Shown here in pieces: positions 28,381-40,028 of a stretch of DNA of 64,000 nt. Made by a program: the position numbers and the translations under genes. The stretch is from contig QCSV01000002.1 in assembly GCA_003211415.1 (NCBI GenBank), forward strand, positions 6,204 through 70,203. The letters run 5' to 3'. The stretch is from Prochlorococcus sp. AG-670-M15. GTDB lineage: Bacteria; Cyanobacteriota; Cyanobacteriia; PCC-6307; Cyanobiaceae. The notes under the pieces were generated by a model. That model had not been told where the DNA came from and ran no database searches. It saw only the letters and a list, made by a program, of their open reading frames with translations. Numbering within the stretch: the first letter of the stretch is position 1; every line of letters starts with the position of its first letter.

Positions 28381-30978
28381 ATGTCTGATATTTTAGATAC
28401 TGATAACTCTGGATTAAGCGAAGATAACGACCGAATTATTCAGACTGACCTAAGAAACGAGATGTCTCGCTCATACCTCGAGTATGCAATGAGCGTTATA
28501 GTCGGTCGTGCTCTTCCAGATGCAAGAGATGGATTAAAACCTGTTCACAGAAGAATTCTTTATGCAATGTATGAACTTGGTTTAACTAGCGGTAGACCAT
28601 ACAGAAAATGTGCAAGAGTTGTTGGAGAAGTACTAGGTAAATATCACCCTCATGGCGATACTGCTGTTTATGATGCTTTAGTTAGGATGGCTCAGGATTT
28701 CTCTATGAGGATGCCACTCATAGATGGCCATGGAAACTTTGGTTCTGTTGATAACGACCCTCCAGCAGCAATGAGATATACAGAATCTCGTTTACAGTCT
28801 CTTACAGATGAAAGTTTATTGGAGGATATTGAATCTGAAACTGTAGATTTCGCCGATAATTTTGATGGTTCTCAACAAGAACCAACAGTTTTACCTGCTA
28901 GGATTCCTCAACTACTACTAAATGGATCATCTGGAATAGCAGTAGGAATGGCAACTAATATTCCACCTCATAACTTAGGGGAATTAATTAATGGTCTTAA
29001 ATCAATCATCAATAACCCTTCAATTGAAGATAGAGAACTTTTTGAAATAATTAAGGGTCCTGATTTTCCCACAGGTGGTCAAATCTTAGGCAGAGATGGT
29101 ATCAGAGAAACTTTCAAGGCAGGGAGGGGTTCAATAACCATGAGAGGTGTAGCAAATATTGAGCAAATTAAATCCAGTGGTAGAGCAGAAAAAGATGCTG
29201 TAATAATTACAGAGCTCCCATTTCAAACTAATAAAGCGGCATTGATAGAAAGAATTGCTGACTTGGTTAATGAAAAAAAATTAGAAGGTATTTCTGATAT
29301 TAGAGATGAAAGTGATCGAGACGGAATGAGAATTGTTATTGAACTAAAAAGGGATGCCTACCCACAAGTAGTTTTAAATAATTTATTTAAGTTAACACCT
29401 CTACAAAATAACTTTAGTGCAAATATCCTCGCTTTAGTAAAAGGAGAGCCCACAACACTTTCACTCAGGAAAATGTTAGATGTATTTCTAGACTTCAGAG
29501 TGGAGACAATAAGGCGAAGAACAGAATTTTTATTAAAAAAAGCTGAAGAGAGGGATCACATTGTAAAAGGTCTTTTATTAGCATTGGGGGATATGGATGA
29601 GATTATTAATCTAATAAGATCAGCAAAAGATACAGTTTCAGCCAGAGAAAAATTACAAACTGATCATGAGTTATCTACTACACAGGCAGAAGCTATTTTA
29701 CAAATGCAATTAAGAAGATTAACAGCACTAGAAGCAGATAAAATCAAAGGGGAGCATGATGAGTTAACCAGAAAAATCAACTTATATCAGCAAATATTGA
29801 ATAGTAAAGAAAGAATTTTTGAAATTATTCTTGAAGAACTTAATAAAATCGATGAAAGATTTTCCTCTCCAAGAAAAACAGAAATACTTGATTTAGGCGG
29901 TGGTCTAGATGATATTGATCTTATCGCTAATGACAGGTCTGTAGTTTTATTGACTGAAGCAGGTTATTTAAAAAGAATGCCTGTTAATGAATTCGAATCT
30001 ACAAGTCGTGGGTCTAGAGGTAAAGCTGGAACAAAGACACAAGCAGATGATGAAGTAAAACTATTTATAAGCTGTAATGACCATGATACTCTTTTGCTTT
30101 TTAGTGATAGAGGGGTATCTTATGCTCTGCCAGCATATAGAGTTCCAATGAGTAGCAGAACAGCTAAAGGTACTCCATCGGTTCAACTTCTCCCAATACC
30201 AAGAGAAGAAAAGATAACCTCGCTAGTTGCAGTAGATTCTTTTGATAACGATTGTTATCTATTAATGCTAACCAAGGCTGGATTTATAAAAAGAACTTCA
30301 CTTTCTGCTTTCTCAAAAATTCGATCAAATGGTTTAATAGCCATTAATCTTGAGGATGGAGATGCTTTAACTTGGGTTAGATTATCAAAAGAAGGTGACA
30401 GTGTTTTAATTGGATCAAGAACAGGCATGGCGATTCATTTCAGACTAGATATTACCGAATTAAGGCCACTAGGTAGGACGGCAAGGGGAGTTAAATCTAT
30501 GAACCTCCGGAAAGGAGACAATCTTGTATCTATGGATGTTTTGACATCTGATTTAGTTGATCAATTAGCAAAAAGTGAGAATCTTACGAAAGAGTCTGAT
30601 GAAAATCTTGAAGTTAACTCTTCAGAAGGTCCTTGGGTACTAATAGCCAGTGCATTTGGACTAGGTAAAAGAGTACCTGTTACTCAATTTAGATTACAAA
30701 AAAGAGCAGGCATGGGTTTGAGAGCGATTAAATTCAGAATTAAAGATGATGTATTAGTTTGTTTGAAGGTCCTTGGAGAAGGGGAAGAATTACTTTTTGT
30801 GACCGAAAAAGGTGTGATAGTGAGAACAAACGCAGATAAAATATCCCAGCAATCTAGAGCCGCTACTGGAGTAAAATTACAAAGATTAGATGAGGGTGAT
30901 CATTTATCAGAAGTTGTATTAGTTCCTCATGAACAAACAGAAGAAACTGACCAATTCAACCAAGGCAAAGAAAATTAA
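28381..30978 (+). CDS. gyrA: DNA gyrase subunit A
   Basis: YHPHGD, AAMRYTE and C-terminal pinwheel repeats. Confidence 0.96.
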   Translation: MSDILDTDNSGLSEDNDRIIQTDLRNEMSRSYLEYAMSVIVGRALPDARDGLKPVHRRILYAMYELGLTSGRPYRKCARVVGEVLGKYHPHGDTAVYDALVRMAQDFSMRMPLIDGHGNFGSVDNDPPAAMRYTESRLQSLTDESLLEDIESETVDFADNFDGSQQEPTVLPARIPQLLLNGSSGIAVGMATNIPPHNLGELINGLKSIINNPSIEDRELFEIIKGPDFPTGGQILGRDGIRETFKAGRGSITMRGVANIEQIKSSGRAEKDAVIITELPFQTNKAALIERIADLVNEKKLEGISDIRDESDRDGMRIVIELKRDAYPQVVLNNLFKLTPLQNNFSANILALVKGEPTTLSLRKMLDVFLDFRVETIRRRTEFLLKKAEERDHIVKGLLLALGDMDEIINLIRSAKDTVSAREKLQTDHELSTTQAEAILQMQLRRLTALEADKIKGEHDELTRKINLYQQILNSKERIFEIILEELNKIDERFSSPRKTEILDLGGGLDDIDLIANDRSVVLLTEAGYLKRMPVNEFESTSRGSRGKAGTKTQADDEVKLFISCNDHDTLLLFSDRGVSYALPAYRVPMSSRTAKGTPSVQLLPIPREEKITSLVAVDSFDNDCYLLMLTKAGFIKRTSLSAFSKIRSNGLIAINLEDGDALTWVRLSKEGDSVLIGSRTGMAIHFRLDITELRPLGRTARGVKSMNLRKGDNLVSMDVLTSDLVDQLAKSENLTKESDENLEVNSSEGPWVLIASAFGLGKRVPVTQFRLQKRAGMGLRAIKFRIKDDVLVCLKVLGEGEELLFVTEKGVIVRTNADKISQQSRAATGVKLQRLDEGDHLSEVVLVPHEQTEETDQFNQGKEN

Positions 30979-31001
30979 AAGAAAATTGTTTATTAAATAA
31001 T

Positions 31002-32213
31002 ATGGAAATACTTGATATTCTAATTTTAGGTTCCGGGCCTGCAGCACTATGCTTGGCTTCAGAATTAGCCAAGCAAGATCTAAATATTAAGGGCATATCA
31101 ACTAAATCTCCAAATGAAAAATGGGAGAATACATATGGTATATGGGCTTCTGAATTAGAGGAATTAGGATTAGAGTCCTTGTTATCCCATCGGTGGTGCG
31201 AAACAGTTAGTTTTTTTGGAAATGGCGAAAATAAAATGGGAGATAATCCTACAAAACATAATTACGATTATGGTTTGATAAATCAAGAAGCTTTTCAAAA
31301 TGAACTTTTAAAAAAGTGTTACGGGATTGAATGGTTGAATGAAACAGCAAAAGATATTAAAGAGAAAAATAAACTATCTGAAGTGATTTGTTTTTCAGGT
31401 CTTAAAATAAAAGCAAGGTTAGTCATTGACGCAAGCGGTCATAAAAGTAATTTCATAAAAAGACCAGTCCAAAATGAAATTGCTCAACAAGCTGCCTATG
31501 GGATTGTCGGTAAATTTTCATCGCCACCAGTTAATAAGGATCAGTTTGTTTTAATGGATTTTCGTCCAAATCATTTAAACAACGAAGAAAAGTTATCATC
31601 TCCTTCCTTTCTTTATGCAATGGATCTTGGAAATGAAACTTTTTTTGTTGAAGAAACATCATTAGCTAGTTATCCTGCCTTATCCCAAGAAAATCTCAAA
31701 AAAAGACTTTTTAAAAGATTGAATAGCAAGGGTATTCAGGTAAGTGAAATTCTTCATGAAGAGAATTGCCTTTTCCCAATGAATTTACCCCTCCCATTTA
31801 AAAAACAATTTGTTCTTGGTTTCGGAGGGTCTGCGAGCATGGTGCATCCTGCATCAGGATACATGATCGGATCTTTATTAAGAAGAGCTCCACTCCTTGC
31901 AAAAAAATTAGCAATCTTTTTAAAAGAACCTAATCTTAGTTCTCTTGAACTAGCAACAAAAGGTTGGGAGATCCTATGGCCTTACGAGTTAATACAAAGG
32001 CATAAACTTTACCAATATGGTTTAAGAAGACTGATGAGTTTTGACGAAAGTAGATTAAGAAGCTTTTTCTCAAATTTCTTTAAATTATCGACCAATGAAT
32101 GGGTAGGTTTTCTTACTAATACACTTCCACTTCCAAAACTAATTTACGTGATGAGTAAAATGTTTATAAATTCACCTCTAAAAGTAAAACTAGGAATGCT
32201 TAAGTTAAATTAG
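31002..32213 (+). CDS. crtL: Lycopene cyclase (CrtL-type)
   Basis: GSGPA, NTYGIW, FLYAM, EETSL and HPASGY. Confidence 0.9.
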   Translation: MEILDILILGSGPAALCLASELAKQDLNIKGISTKSPNEKWENTYGIWASELEELGLESLLSHRWCETVSFFGNGENKMGDNPTKHNYDYGLINQEAFQNELLKKCYGIEWLNETAKDIKEKNKLSEVICFSGLKIKARLVIDASGHKSNFIKRPVQNEIAQQAAYGIVGKFSSPPVNKDQFVLMDFRPNHLNNEEKLSSPSFLYAMDLGNETFFVEETSLASYPALSQENLKKRLFKRLNSKGIQVSEILHEENCLFPMNLPLPFKKQFVLGFGGSASMVHPASGYMIGSLLRRAPLLAKKLAIFLKEPNLSSLELATKGWEILWPYELIQRHKLYQYGLRRLMSFDESRLRSFFSNFFKLSTNEWVGFLTNTLPLPKLIYVMSKMFINSPLKVKLGMLKLN

Positions 32214-32219
32214 TATTTT

Positions 32220-33803
32220 TTATTTTCGCCAATCATCAATATTAATATCTGGGAAAACTTTATCTTCTTCCTCAATATCTTCAAGAAATTTTAAATTAAT
32301 GTAAGAATGATTTTTAATCATTTCAACTATTTTCCAGAACCTGAACAAGTGTCTTTCTATTCTCTCTTTTGCAAGCTCAGTTGTAGTTCCAGCTCTTAGG
32401 ATAAAACTCCAATCAGAGGACTCAGAAAGAAGTAATTCTCTAGCTGCCTGCTTAAAGAGTCTCTGAGATAAGTCATTATTAAAATTTTTCGAGCATAAAT
32501 CTACAAAAGTTGAGCCTGCCTTTGTGATCTCTGGAACAATCCATGCATTTGCATCATTAATCCAGTAGTTATGATAACCTCCTTGTCCCCAGCTAGATGG
32601 TGATGGATCGCAAATCTGAAGATTCGGCTTTTGAATTAAGAATTCTTTTAAATTTGTAAGCTTAATTGAATATTTAGTAGATTTTTTTAAAATATTTTCA
32701 ATAAAAAAAGGTCCCTCATACCACCAATGACCAAATAACTCTGCATCAAATGGAGCTACCAATAAGGGTTTAAAGGATGATGATAAAATTAATTTTTCTA
32801 ATTGTTTAGATCTCGCAAGAAGATAAGAATCAGCATGTTCTGCAGCCTTTTTTTTGGCTTCATTTTCTAAGTAAAACGCCTTTTCCCCTAATGGTACGTT
32901 ACCGTCTGTAATCTTATGAAACTTCAAACCCAAAGGTCTTTTTGTTGAGATACCTTTCTTTTGGAGATTGGAGATAGGTAATTCCCATCCTAAATCTTTG
33001 TGAAATTCTCTATAAACTTTGTCTCCAGGAAATCCATCCTTAGCAGACCAAACGGGCAAAGTTGACTCACTATCTCTTCCAAAAAAAGCAACTCCTTTTT
33101 TTGAGCAGATTGGAGCGTACACACCATACCTTGGCCTTGGTGTAGAGTTTAGAATCCCATGAGCGTCTAGGATTGCATATCTTATTCCCGAATCAAATAG
33201 TATTTCATCTAAATTCTCATAATATGCACATTCAGGTAACCAAATACCTAAAGGCTTAGTTCCAAAAATATTTTTATGGCTCCTAATTGCTGTATTAATT
33301 TGTCCTTTAACAGTTTCAGGATTCTCCCTTAGAATTGGTAAATACCCGTGAGTAGCAGCACAAGTAAGAATATCCAAATTTCCAGAGTTATTTAAAACCC
33401 TAAATTTCTCAATTAAATTTCCAGAACAATTTTGCCAATATAAATATTTATCAGCAAGATTTTTCATTAAAAATGCAGAGGCTTTTTTTTCTTCCAGAGG
33501 CAGTTCGTTTAAGAAATCATTCCTTGTTTTAATCCAGTTTGGGAAAGTTTCTTGAATTTTTTTATTATTTAGAAGTGATAATAAAGTTGGAGATAAACTA
33601 ATAGTAAGTTTTGTATTTTCAGGATTTTCATTTTTGGAAGATTCTATTGATTGCAGTAGTGGTATATAACATTCCAAAATCGCCTGAAATAACCAATCCT
33701 CTTCTAGAGAGTTTTTTTCATTTTTTCTGACATAAGGTAGGTGAGCATGTAAAATTATCGCTAACTGACCTAAAACGTTTTTTGAGGGGTATTGCCCATT
33801 CAT
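32220..33803 (-). CDS. Glycoside hydrolase family 57 (branching enzyme-like)
   Basis: HAHLPYV, WLPEC, DAELFGHWWYEG and SSDW. Confidence 0.92.
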   Translation of the reverse strand: MNGQYPSKNVLGQLAIILHAHLPYVRKNEKNSLEEDWLFQAILECYIPLLQSIESSKNENPENTKLTISLSPTLLSLLNNKKIQETFPNWIKTRNDFLNELPLEEKKASAFLMKNLADKYLYWQNCSGNLIEKFRVLNNSGNLDILTCAATHGYLPILRENPETVKGQINTAIRSHKNIFGTKPLGIWLPECAYYENLDEILFDSGIRYAILDAHGILNSTPRPRYGVYAPICSKKGVAFFGRDSESTLPVWSAKDGFPGDKVYREFHKDLGWELPISNLQKKGISTKRPLGLKFHKITDGNVPLGEKAFYLENEAKKKAAEHADSYLLARSKQLEKLILSSSFKPLLVAPFDAELFGHWWYEGPFFIENILKKSTKYSIKLTNLKEFLIQKPNLQICDPSPSSWGQGGYHNYWINDANAWIVPEITKAGSTFVDLCSKNFNNDLSQRLFKQAARELLLSESSDWSFILRAGTTTELAKERIERHLFRFWKIVEMIKNHSYINLKFLEDIEEEDKVFPDINIDDWRK

Positions 33804-34027
33804 ACTTTTTATAATTTATGCCTGTAATTCTAAAAAATCAAAATTAACCATCTATAAAAGGAAGCTTTTATCCTAAAAGAATACTTTAATAGTTTAAGTA
33901 TTTCATTTTTTTCCACTGAATTTTAACCAATATTGTTTAAGTTATAAACTTTCATCAGATTTTTAATGAACTAAATCTAGTCAAAATTTTTTAATTAGCT
34001 TAATATAAGCTTAAGTTATTCTGTTTA

Positions 34028-35668
34028 ATGTCAAAAGATCCTGAAAGAATTTTGATATTTGATACAACTCTTCGAGATGGAGAGCAATCACCTGGTGCCA
34101 GTTTAAATCTTGAAGAAAAACTTGCTATAGCCCATCAATTAGCAAGATTAGGTGTGGATGTTATTGAGGCTGGATTCCCTTTCGCAAGTCCAGGAGATTT
34201 TAAAGCAGTTAATAAAATTGCCAATGCCGTAGGGAAAGAAAATGGCCCTATAATATGCGGCTTGGCTAGAGCATCCAAAGGAGATATAAAAGCATGTTAC
34301 GAAGCAGTAAGTCCAGCCCCGAAAAAAAGAATACATACTTTTATTGCGACAAGTGATATTCATCTTAAACATAAACTTAAAAAATCCAGAAAAGATGTTC
34401 TTCAAATAGTTCCAGAAATGGTTAATTATGCTAAATCTTTTGTAGATGATATTGAGTTTTCTTGTGAAGATGCCTCAAGGAGTGATCCTGATTTTTTATA
34501 CGAAGTTATTCAACTAGCAATTTCTGCGGGAGCAACAACAATTAATATCCCTGATACTGTTGGATTTACAACTCCTAGTGAATTTGGCAACCTAATTGCC
34601 GACATAAATAAAAATGTTCCAAATATTGATGAAGCAGTAATCTCGGTTCATGGCCATAATGATTTAGGTTTAGCAGTAGCCAATTTTCTTGAGGCCGTAA
34701 AAAATGGAGCAAGGCAACTAGAATGTACTATTAATGGGATTGGTGAAAGAGCAGGGAATGCCTCTCTAGAAGAATTAGTAATGGCACTGCATGTTAGGAA
34801 AAGTTTTTTTAATAGTTTTTTCAAAAGAAATGCAGATTCACCAACTCCTCTTACGGCTATAAGAACAGAAGAAATAACAAAAACCTCTAGGCTTGTTTCC
34901 AACCTAACTGGAATGACCGTACAACCTAATAAAGCAATTGTGGGAGCTAACGCTTTTGCGCATGAGTCAGGCATTCACCAGGATGGGGTTTTAAAAAATA
35001 GACTAACTTACGAAATTATCGATGCAAAAACTGTTGGTTTAAGTGACAACAAAATATCTTTGGGAAAACTTAGCGGAAGAAGTGCAGTAAGAGCCAGATT
35101 AGAAGAGATGGGATATGACCTGAGCCGAGAAGATTTAAATGATGCTTTTGCTCGTTTTAAGGATTTAGCTGACAGGAAAAGAGAAATTACTGATAGAGAC
35201 TTAGAAGCAATTGTTAGTGAACAAGTTCAGCTCCCAGAAGCTAAATTTCAATTAAGTCTTGTACAAGTAAGTTGCGGTAACGCATCTAAACCTACTGCCA
35301 CCATTTCGCTTCTAAACACGGAAGATAATAGTGAGGATACCGCTGTATCAATAGGTACTGGGCCCGTTGATGCTGTTTGTGAGGCTTTAAATAAATTAGC
35401 TAAAGTTCCTAATGAATTAATTGAATTTTCTGTTAAGTCGGTAACAGAAGGAATTGATGCTTTGGGCGAGGTAACAATAAGAATAAGAAGGGATAATAAA
35501 ATATATTCTGGTCATTCCGCTGATACGGATGTTGTAGTTGCTGCAGCTAACGCTTACGTTAATGCTTTAAATAGACTTGTATTTTCTGAGAAAAAAAATT
35601 CAATTCATCCACAATTTGATAATTTAGAAAATTCTGATAATTCATTTCTATCTAATCCTGCAAATTAA
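34028..35668 (+). CDS. leuA: 2-isopropylmalate synthase
   Basis: [16 protein letters not shown] and GERAGN. Confidence 0.97.
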   Translation: MSKDPERILIFDTTLRDGEQSPGASLNLEEKLAIAHQLARLGVDVIEAGFPFASPGDFKAVNKIANAVGKENGPIICGLARASKGDIKACYEAVSPAPKKRIHTFIATSDIHLKHKLKKSRKDVLQIVPEMVNYAKSFVDDIEFSCEDASRSDPDFLYEVIQLAISAGATTINIPDTVGFTTPSEFGNLIADINKNVPNIDEAVISVHGHNDLGLAVANFLEAVKNGARQLECTINGIGERAGNASLEELVMALHVRKSFFNSFFKRNADSPTPLTAIRTEEITKTSRLVSNLTGMTVQPNKAIVGANAFAHESGIHQDGVLKNRLTYEIIDAKTVGLSDNKISLGKLSGRSAVRARLEEMGYDLSREDLNDAFARFKDLADRKREITDRDLEAIVSEQVQLPEAKFQLSLVQVSCGNASKPTATISLLNTEDNSEDTAVSIGTGPVDAVCEALNKLAKVPNELIEFSVKSVTEGIDALGEVTIRIRRDNKIYSGHSADTDVVVAAANAYVNALNRLVFSEKKNSIHPQFDNLENSDNSFLSNPAN

Positions 35669-35750
35669 ATTATTTCTTAGGATTATTAAGTAGCATAAAA
35701 AAATAGTGTCTTAATACTGTAGATTAAATTAATAGTTAAAGCAGTAAATA

Positions 35751-36143
35751 ATGAGAGAAAGGTTATTTGGATATTGGGCACTTTCGTGGGTTGGCTTAAT
35801 CAGCAACATTATTGCACTACCAATAATCGCTTTAATAATTAGTTATGGGCCTCCACTAAAAGTTGCAAATATAACTCTTGCCATAAGTCTTGGATGGCCT
35901 GCTGCAATTGTTGGAATAGTTTCTTCAGCTGCTCTTTTAGCAGAAAGAAAATGGGGAGTAACTTTAACTCTAGTATCTTTATCAATGGTAATTTCTGGTA
36001 TGGGTCCTTATTCAGTTGTAAGGTTAATAACTCTTCAAGACATTTATGGAATTGGTGGCTTTACTCTTTTAACAACATTATTAAGTACGTTAGCTCTTCT
36101 TTATTGGTGTAATCCAAAACATCGAAGAAGTATTAGGCTATAA
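35751..36143 (+). CDS. Hypothetical 4-TM membrane protein
   Basis: 130-aa hydrophobic ORF filling the gap. Confidence 0.7.
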   Translation: MRERLFGYWALSWVGLISNIIALPIIALIISYGPPLKVANITLAISLGWPAAIVGIVSSAALLAERKWGVTLTLVSLSMVISGMGPYSVVRLITLQDIYGIGGFTLLTTLLSTLALLYWCNPKHRRSIRL

Positions 36144-36152
36144 AATTGAAAA

Positions 36153-37625
36153 TTAAGAAAAAGTATTATTCTTACTAGTTGGATACTGAATTCTTCTATG
36201 TCTAATTCTTTTCCACACATTCAAGAATGCTCTTTTTATTAGAAAAATTTCTCCTTTCGATAAATTACTATCATCTAATTGCCCATCTTTTTGACGCGAG
36301 TAGATAATATTAGATATTGTTTCTAAAGCTTCTTTATCAGTTGCATTAATATTCATAGCTCTTAGTGCTGCTTCACATCCATCAGCAAGCATTAAAATAG
36401 CTGTTTCTTTTGACTGAGGAATAGGACCTTTGTATCTAAAAAAATATTCATTAATGTCAAGATTTTTTTCTTTAGCTTTTTGAAAAAAATATCCCATTTT
36501 TAGGGTGCCTTGATGTTCAGGAATAAAATTAGCTATCAGTTTAGGTAGTCTATTTTTTCTTGCAAATTTCAAACCTTCATCAACGTGTGCCTGTAATACT
36601 TCTGCACTTTTAATAGGATCATCTAATTCGTCATGCGGATTTTTGGAACCATCTTGGTTTTCGATAAACCAGTTAGGAGCATGTAATTTACCAACATCAT
36701 GATATAACGCTCCAGTTTTAATAAGATCAATATCGCCTCGAATCATTCTTGTTGCTTCCTCTGCCAAGCCACAGATAAGTAAGGTATGTTCAAAAGTACC
36801 AGGAGCTTCAAGAGACAATCTTCTAATTAGTGGTTTTTCCTTATCAGCCAATTCGAGTAATCTTGCTTTAGTTAATAATCCGAATATCGATTCAAAAATA
36901 GGGATAAATAAAATTGTAAAAAGCATTACTATTGCCAATAGTAAGGAATCAGAAAATATATCCCTATTAGCTAAAACAAAATCTTGCTCATTAAAAAGTG
37001 TAATTTCATCTTTACCTATCATTATCCATTGACTCAAGAACGACCCTATGGGGACAAAAATTGATAGTTGAAGTAACTGAGCTCTACTTCTTATTCTTCC
37101 TCCAAGTAGAGATACGACTGAAGAGCAAACTAATAAAATAAAAAATAAATTATTATTTATAGCAATTGCTGGGTCTGGCCAACTAAAGCTTGCTATTGAT
37201 ACCCAAGCTAAAGCAGTTATACTTCCCATACCTTGAGATATTATTAATGCAGGTGGAATAATAATAGATAATGGACTTATAGTTGAAGCCAAGGCTAATT
37301 TCGTAACTTGTACTGCTAAAAGTAGAGTTATGATAAAGAAAATTTGCCTTGAAGAAATTGTGGGATTCTCTTTTTTTGAAACTAATATCAAAACTCCGGA
37401 ACAAGTAAGTATTTCAGTAAAGGTTAAAAGCCAAGAAAAAATATCTTCGATATTTAAAGGCGAGATAAGGAGCAGTTTATAAGAAGAAATTATTGAAATT
37501 AAAATGCATACTAAAAAAATTATGAGATTATCTATTCTTGAAATTTTAATAGGTTGTCTTACTGGAACTTGACTTCTTCTCCAAAGATAAAACAATTTCT
37601 TCAAGGGAGTTGTGATGTTTTGCAC
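36153..37625 (-). CDS. 7TM-HD family phosphohydrolase (PgpH-like)
   Basis: Multi-TM region followed by APGTFEHT, YHDVGK, FIENQ, EHQGT, FRYKGP and ADGCEA. Confidence 0.85.
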   Translation of the reverse strand: MQNITTPLKKLFYLWRRSQVPVRQPIKISRIDNLIIFLVCILISIISSYKLLLISPLNIEDIFSWLLTFTEILTCSGVLILVSKKENPTISSRQIFFIITLLLAVQVTKLALASTISPLSIIIPPALIISQGMGSITALAWVSIASFSWPDPAIAINNNLFFILLVCSSVVSLLGGRIRSRAQLLQLSIFVPIGSFLSQWIMIGKDEITLFNEQDFVLANRDIFSDSLLLAIVMLFTILFIPIFESIFGLLTKARLLELADKEKPLIRRLSLEAPGTFEHTLLICGLAEEATRMIRGDIDLIKTGALYHDVGKLHAPNWFIENQDGSKNPHDELDDPIKSAEVLQAHVDEGLKFARKNRLPKLIANFIPEHQGTLKMGYFFQKAKEKNLDINEYFFRYKGPIPQSKETAILMLADGCEAALRAMNINATDKEALETISNIIYSRQKDGQLDDSNLSKGEIFLIKRAFLNVWKRIRHRRIQYPTSKNNTFS

Positions 37626-37699
37626 AGAATATTAATAAATCTATTTGAATAATTTAAGATTATAGGCATGCTAGGTGTAAAAAGGAGATGTTTATCTAA

Positions 37700-38596
37700 A
37701 TGTCATTAAAATTGGACGGTAAAAAATTATCTCTTGAAATTGAAGAAAGATTAAATGACTATATCTCTAGTAATATAAAAATTGCAAAAAAAGCACCCAG
37801 TTTAGCTGTAATAAGAATAGGTGAGGACCCTGCGAGTGGTGTTTACGTAAATAACAAGGAGAAGGCATGTTCAAGGGTTGGCATAAAGAGCTTCATCTTT
37901 CATTTAAAAGATAGTGTAGAGCAAAAAGAAGTTGAACAATTAATAATCAAACTTAACTCTGATAAGGATATTGATGGAATATTACTACAACTTCCCATCC
38001 CAAAGAAGTTTGATGATGAAAAACTGATTAGCCATATTAATCCAAGCAAAGATGTAGATGGATTAAATGAGATAAACATTGGCAAATTAGTGAAAAATGA
38101 GCCTGCCATGAGATCATGTACACCAGCAGGAATTATTAATTTATTAAGATCCCAAAATATTACAATTGAAGGTAAGAAAATTGTTGTTATTGGAAGAAGT
38201 TTGCTTGTTGGGAAGCCCTTATCGCTTATGTTATTGAATTTAAATGGCACGGTAACAATGACTCATTCAAAAACATTAAACTTGAAAAAGGTCTGTAGAG
38301 AAGCAGATATTCTAATTGTGGCTGCAGGAAAACCCAATCTTGTAGATTCGAGTTTTGTGAAAGAAGGAGCAGTAATTATTGATGTTGGAATACATAGATT
38401 AAAAAGTTCCGATAAAAATCAAACCAGATTATGTGGAGATGTATTATTAGAAGATGTCATTTCTAAAGTATTTGCTTACACACCTGTACCAGGAGGTGTT
38501 GGACCAATGACAGTAACAATGTTACTTGTAAATACTATTTTTAGCTGGCAAAAACAATTTGGTTTATCATCAACTCTTAATGACCTTTTGCCATAA
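37700..38596 (+). CDS. folD: Methylenetetrahydrofolate dehydrogenase/cyclohydrolase
   Basis: YVNNK, KDVDG and [11 protein letters not shown]. Confidence 0.97.
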   Translation: MSLKLDGKKLSLEIEERLNDYISSNIKIAKKAPSLAVIRIGEDPASGVYVNNKEKACSRVGIKSFIFHLKDSVEQKEVEQLIIKLNSDKDIDGILLQLPIPKKFDDEKLISHINPSKDVDGLNEINIGKLVKNEPAMRSCTPAGIINLLRSQNITIEGKKIVVIGRSLLVGKPLSLMLLNLNGTVTMTHSKTLNLKKVCREADILIVAAGKPNLVDSSFVKEGAVIIDVGIHRLKSSDKNQTRLCGDVLLEDVISKVFAYTPVPGGVGPMTVTMLLVNTIFSWQKQFGLSSTLNDLLP

Positions 38597-38632
38597 ATAC
38601 AAAGATGAAAAAAATTTTACTAAATATACAAA

Positions 38633-39535
38633 ATGACTGAAGTTATAAATAGTATTTCTGATTTTGAAAAATATCTTAAAAACACAAAAAAGGTTGTAGA
38701 GGAAGCACTTGATTTTTCCTTAGGTCCTGAGAATCCAGAAATATTAAGAGAATCAATGAGATATTCCCTTTTAGCTGGAGGGAAAAGAATACGTCCAATT
38801 TTATGTTTAGCATCTTGCTCACTGGCTGGAGGCGAACCATCTCTTGCTGTTCCTACTGCTGTAGCGATAGAAATGATCCATACAATGTCTTTGATACATG
38901 ATGATCTACCGGCTATGGATAATGATGACTTGAGAAGGGGTAGACCGACAAATCATAAAGTATATGGAGATGCAATAGCTATTCTTGCAGGGGATGCCTT
39001 GTTAACAAGGGCCTTTGAAATGGTCTCTTTAAGAAGCCCTGGGGTTGATCCAAATAGATTATTAAATGTAGTTGGCGAATTATCCCTAGTTGCAGGTGCC
39101 CCAGGCCTAGTCGGGGGACAAGTTGTTGATTTGGAATGCGAAGGCAAAGAAGTCGACCTTGAAACGCTCGAATATATTCATCTTCATAAGACTGGGGCTT
39201 TATTAAAGGCTTGCGTAAGAACAGGTGCGATGATTGCAGGCGCAAATAAAAAACTATTACAAGCTCTAACAACGTATGCAGAGGGAATTGGTCTAGCTTT
39301 CCAAATAATAGATGATATTCTTGATTTAACTTCCAGCAGTGAAAAGCTTGGTAAAACTGCAGGCAAAGATCTTTTAGCTGACAAAACTACTTACCCTAAA
39401 TTACTTGGAATGGAAGAGTCGAAGAAAAGAGCATTTGATTTAGTTGAAAAAGCAAAAAAAGCAATTGAACCGTGGGGTAAAGATGCTAAATATTTAATAT
39501 CGTTAGCCGACTTTATTACGAATAGAGACAGATAA
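38633..39535 (+). CDS. crtE: Geranylgeranyl diphosphate synthase
   Basis: [16 protein letters not shown] and FQIIDDILD. Confidence 0.93.
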   Translation: MTEVINSISDFEKYLKNTKKVVEEALDFSLGPENPEILRESMRYSLLAGGKRIRPILCLASCSLAGGEPSLAVPTAVAIEMIHTMSLIHDDLPAMDNDDLRRGRPTNHKVYGDAIAILAGDALLTRAFEMVSLRSPGVDPNRLLNVVGELSLVAGAPGLVGGQVVDLECEGKEVDLETLEYIHLHKTGALLKACVRTGAMIAGANKKLLQALTTYAEGIGLAFQIIDDILDLTSSSEKLGKTAGKDLLADKTTYPKLLGMEESKKRAFDLVEKAKKAIEPWGKDAKYLISLADFITNRDR

Positions 39536-39548
39536 TTAATTTTAACTT

Positions 39549-40028
39549 ATGTCTGAACTATTTCCCTTTTTTAATAATTCAGTTCTTTTCTGGAGCTTAT
39601 TATCCTGTTTGCTAGCTCAATTTTTTAAAATTGTATTTAATTTCTTTTCAACTGGTGAGATAAGATTTGGAATTATGTTCGAGACTGGGGGTATGCCTTC
39701 CAGTCATTCCGCTTTAATAACTGGTGCTACATCTGGTATAGGTTATGAATTGGGATTTGATAGCTCAATATTCGCATTATCAGTTGCTGTAGCTTTAATA
39801 GTTATGTATGACGCAAGTGGTGTTCGAAAATCAGCTGGAATTCAAGCTGCTGAAATCAATAAACTGTCAAAAAAACTAGATCCTCAATCTCAATTACTTT
39901 TAAAAGAAACCCTGGGCCATACAAAAATTGAAGTCATGGTGGGGAGTTTTTTAGGACCATTAATCACTTTGCCTGGAATGTTTTTTTTAGGTTCTCCTCT
40001 CAAAATATTTGATTTGATAATAAATTAA
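39549..40028 (+). CDS. Divergent PAP2 family protein (DUF212)
   Basis: GGMPSSHS, VMYDA.GVR and LGHT. Confidence 0.92.
   Translation: MSELFPFFNNSVLFWSLLSCLLAQFFKIVFNFFSTGEIRFGIMFETGGMPSSHSALITGATSGIGYELGFDSSIFALSVAVALIVMYDASGVRKSAGIQAAEINKLSKKLDPQSQLLLKETLGHTKIEVMVGSFLGPLITLPGMFFLGSPLKIFDLIIN

Noticed and set aside
33854-33871. Short inverted repeat ataaaag-gaag-cttttat between GH57 and leuA
   Set aside because: Weak AT-rich stem in a divergent spacer; no leader peptide or attenuator evident
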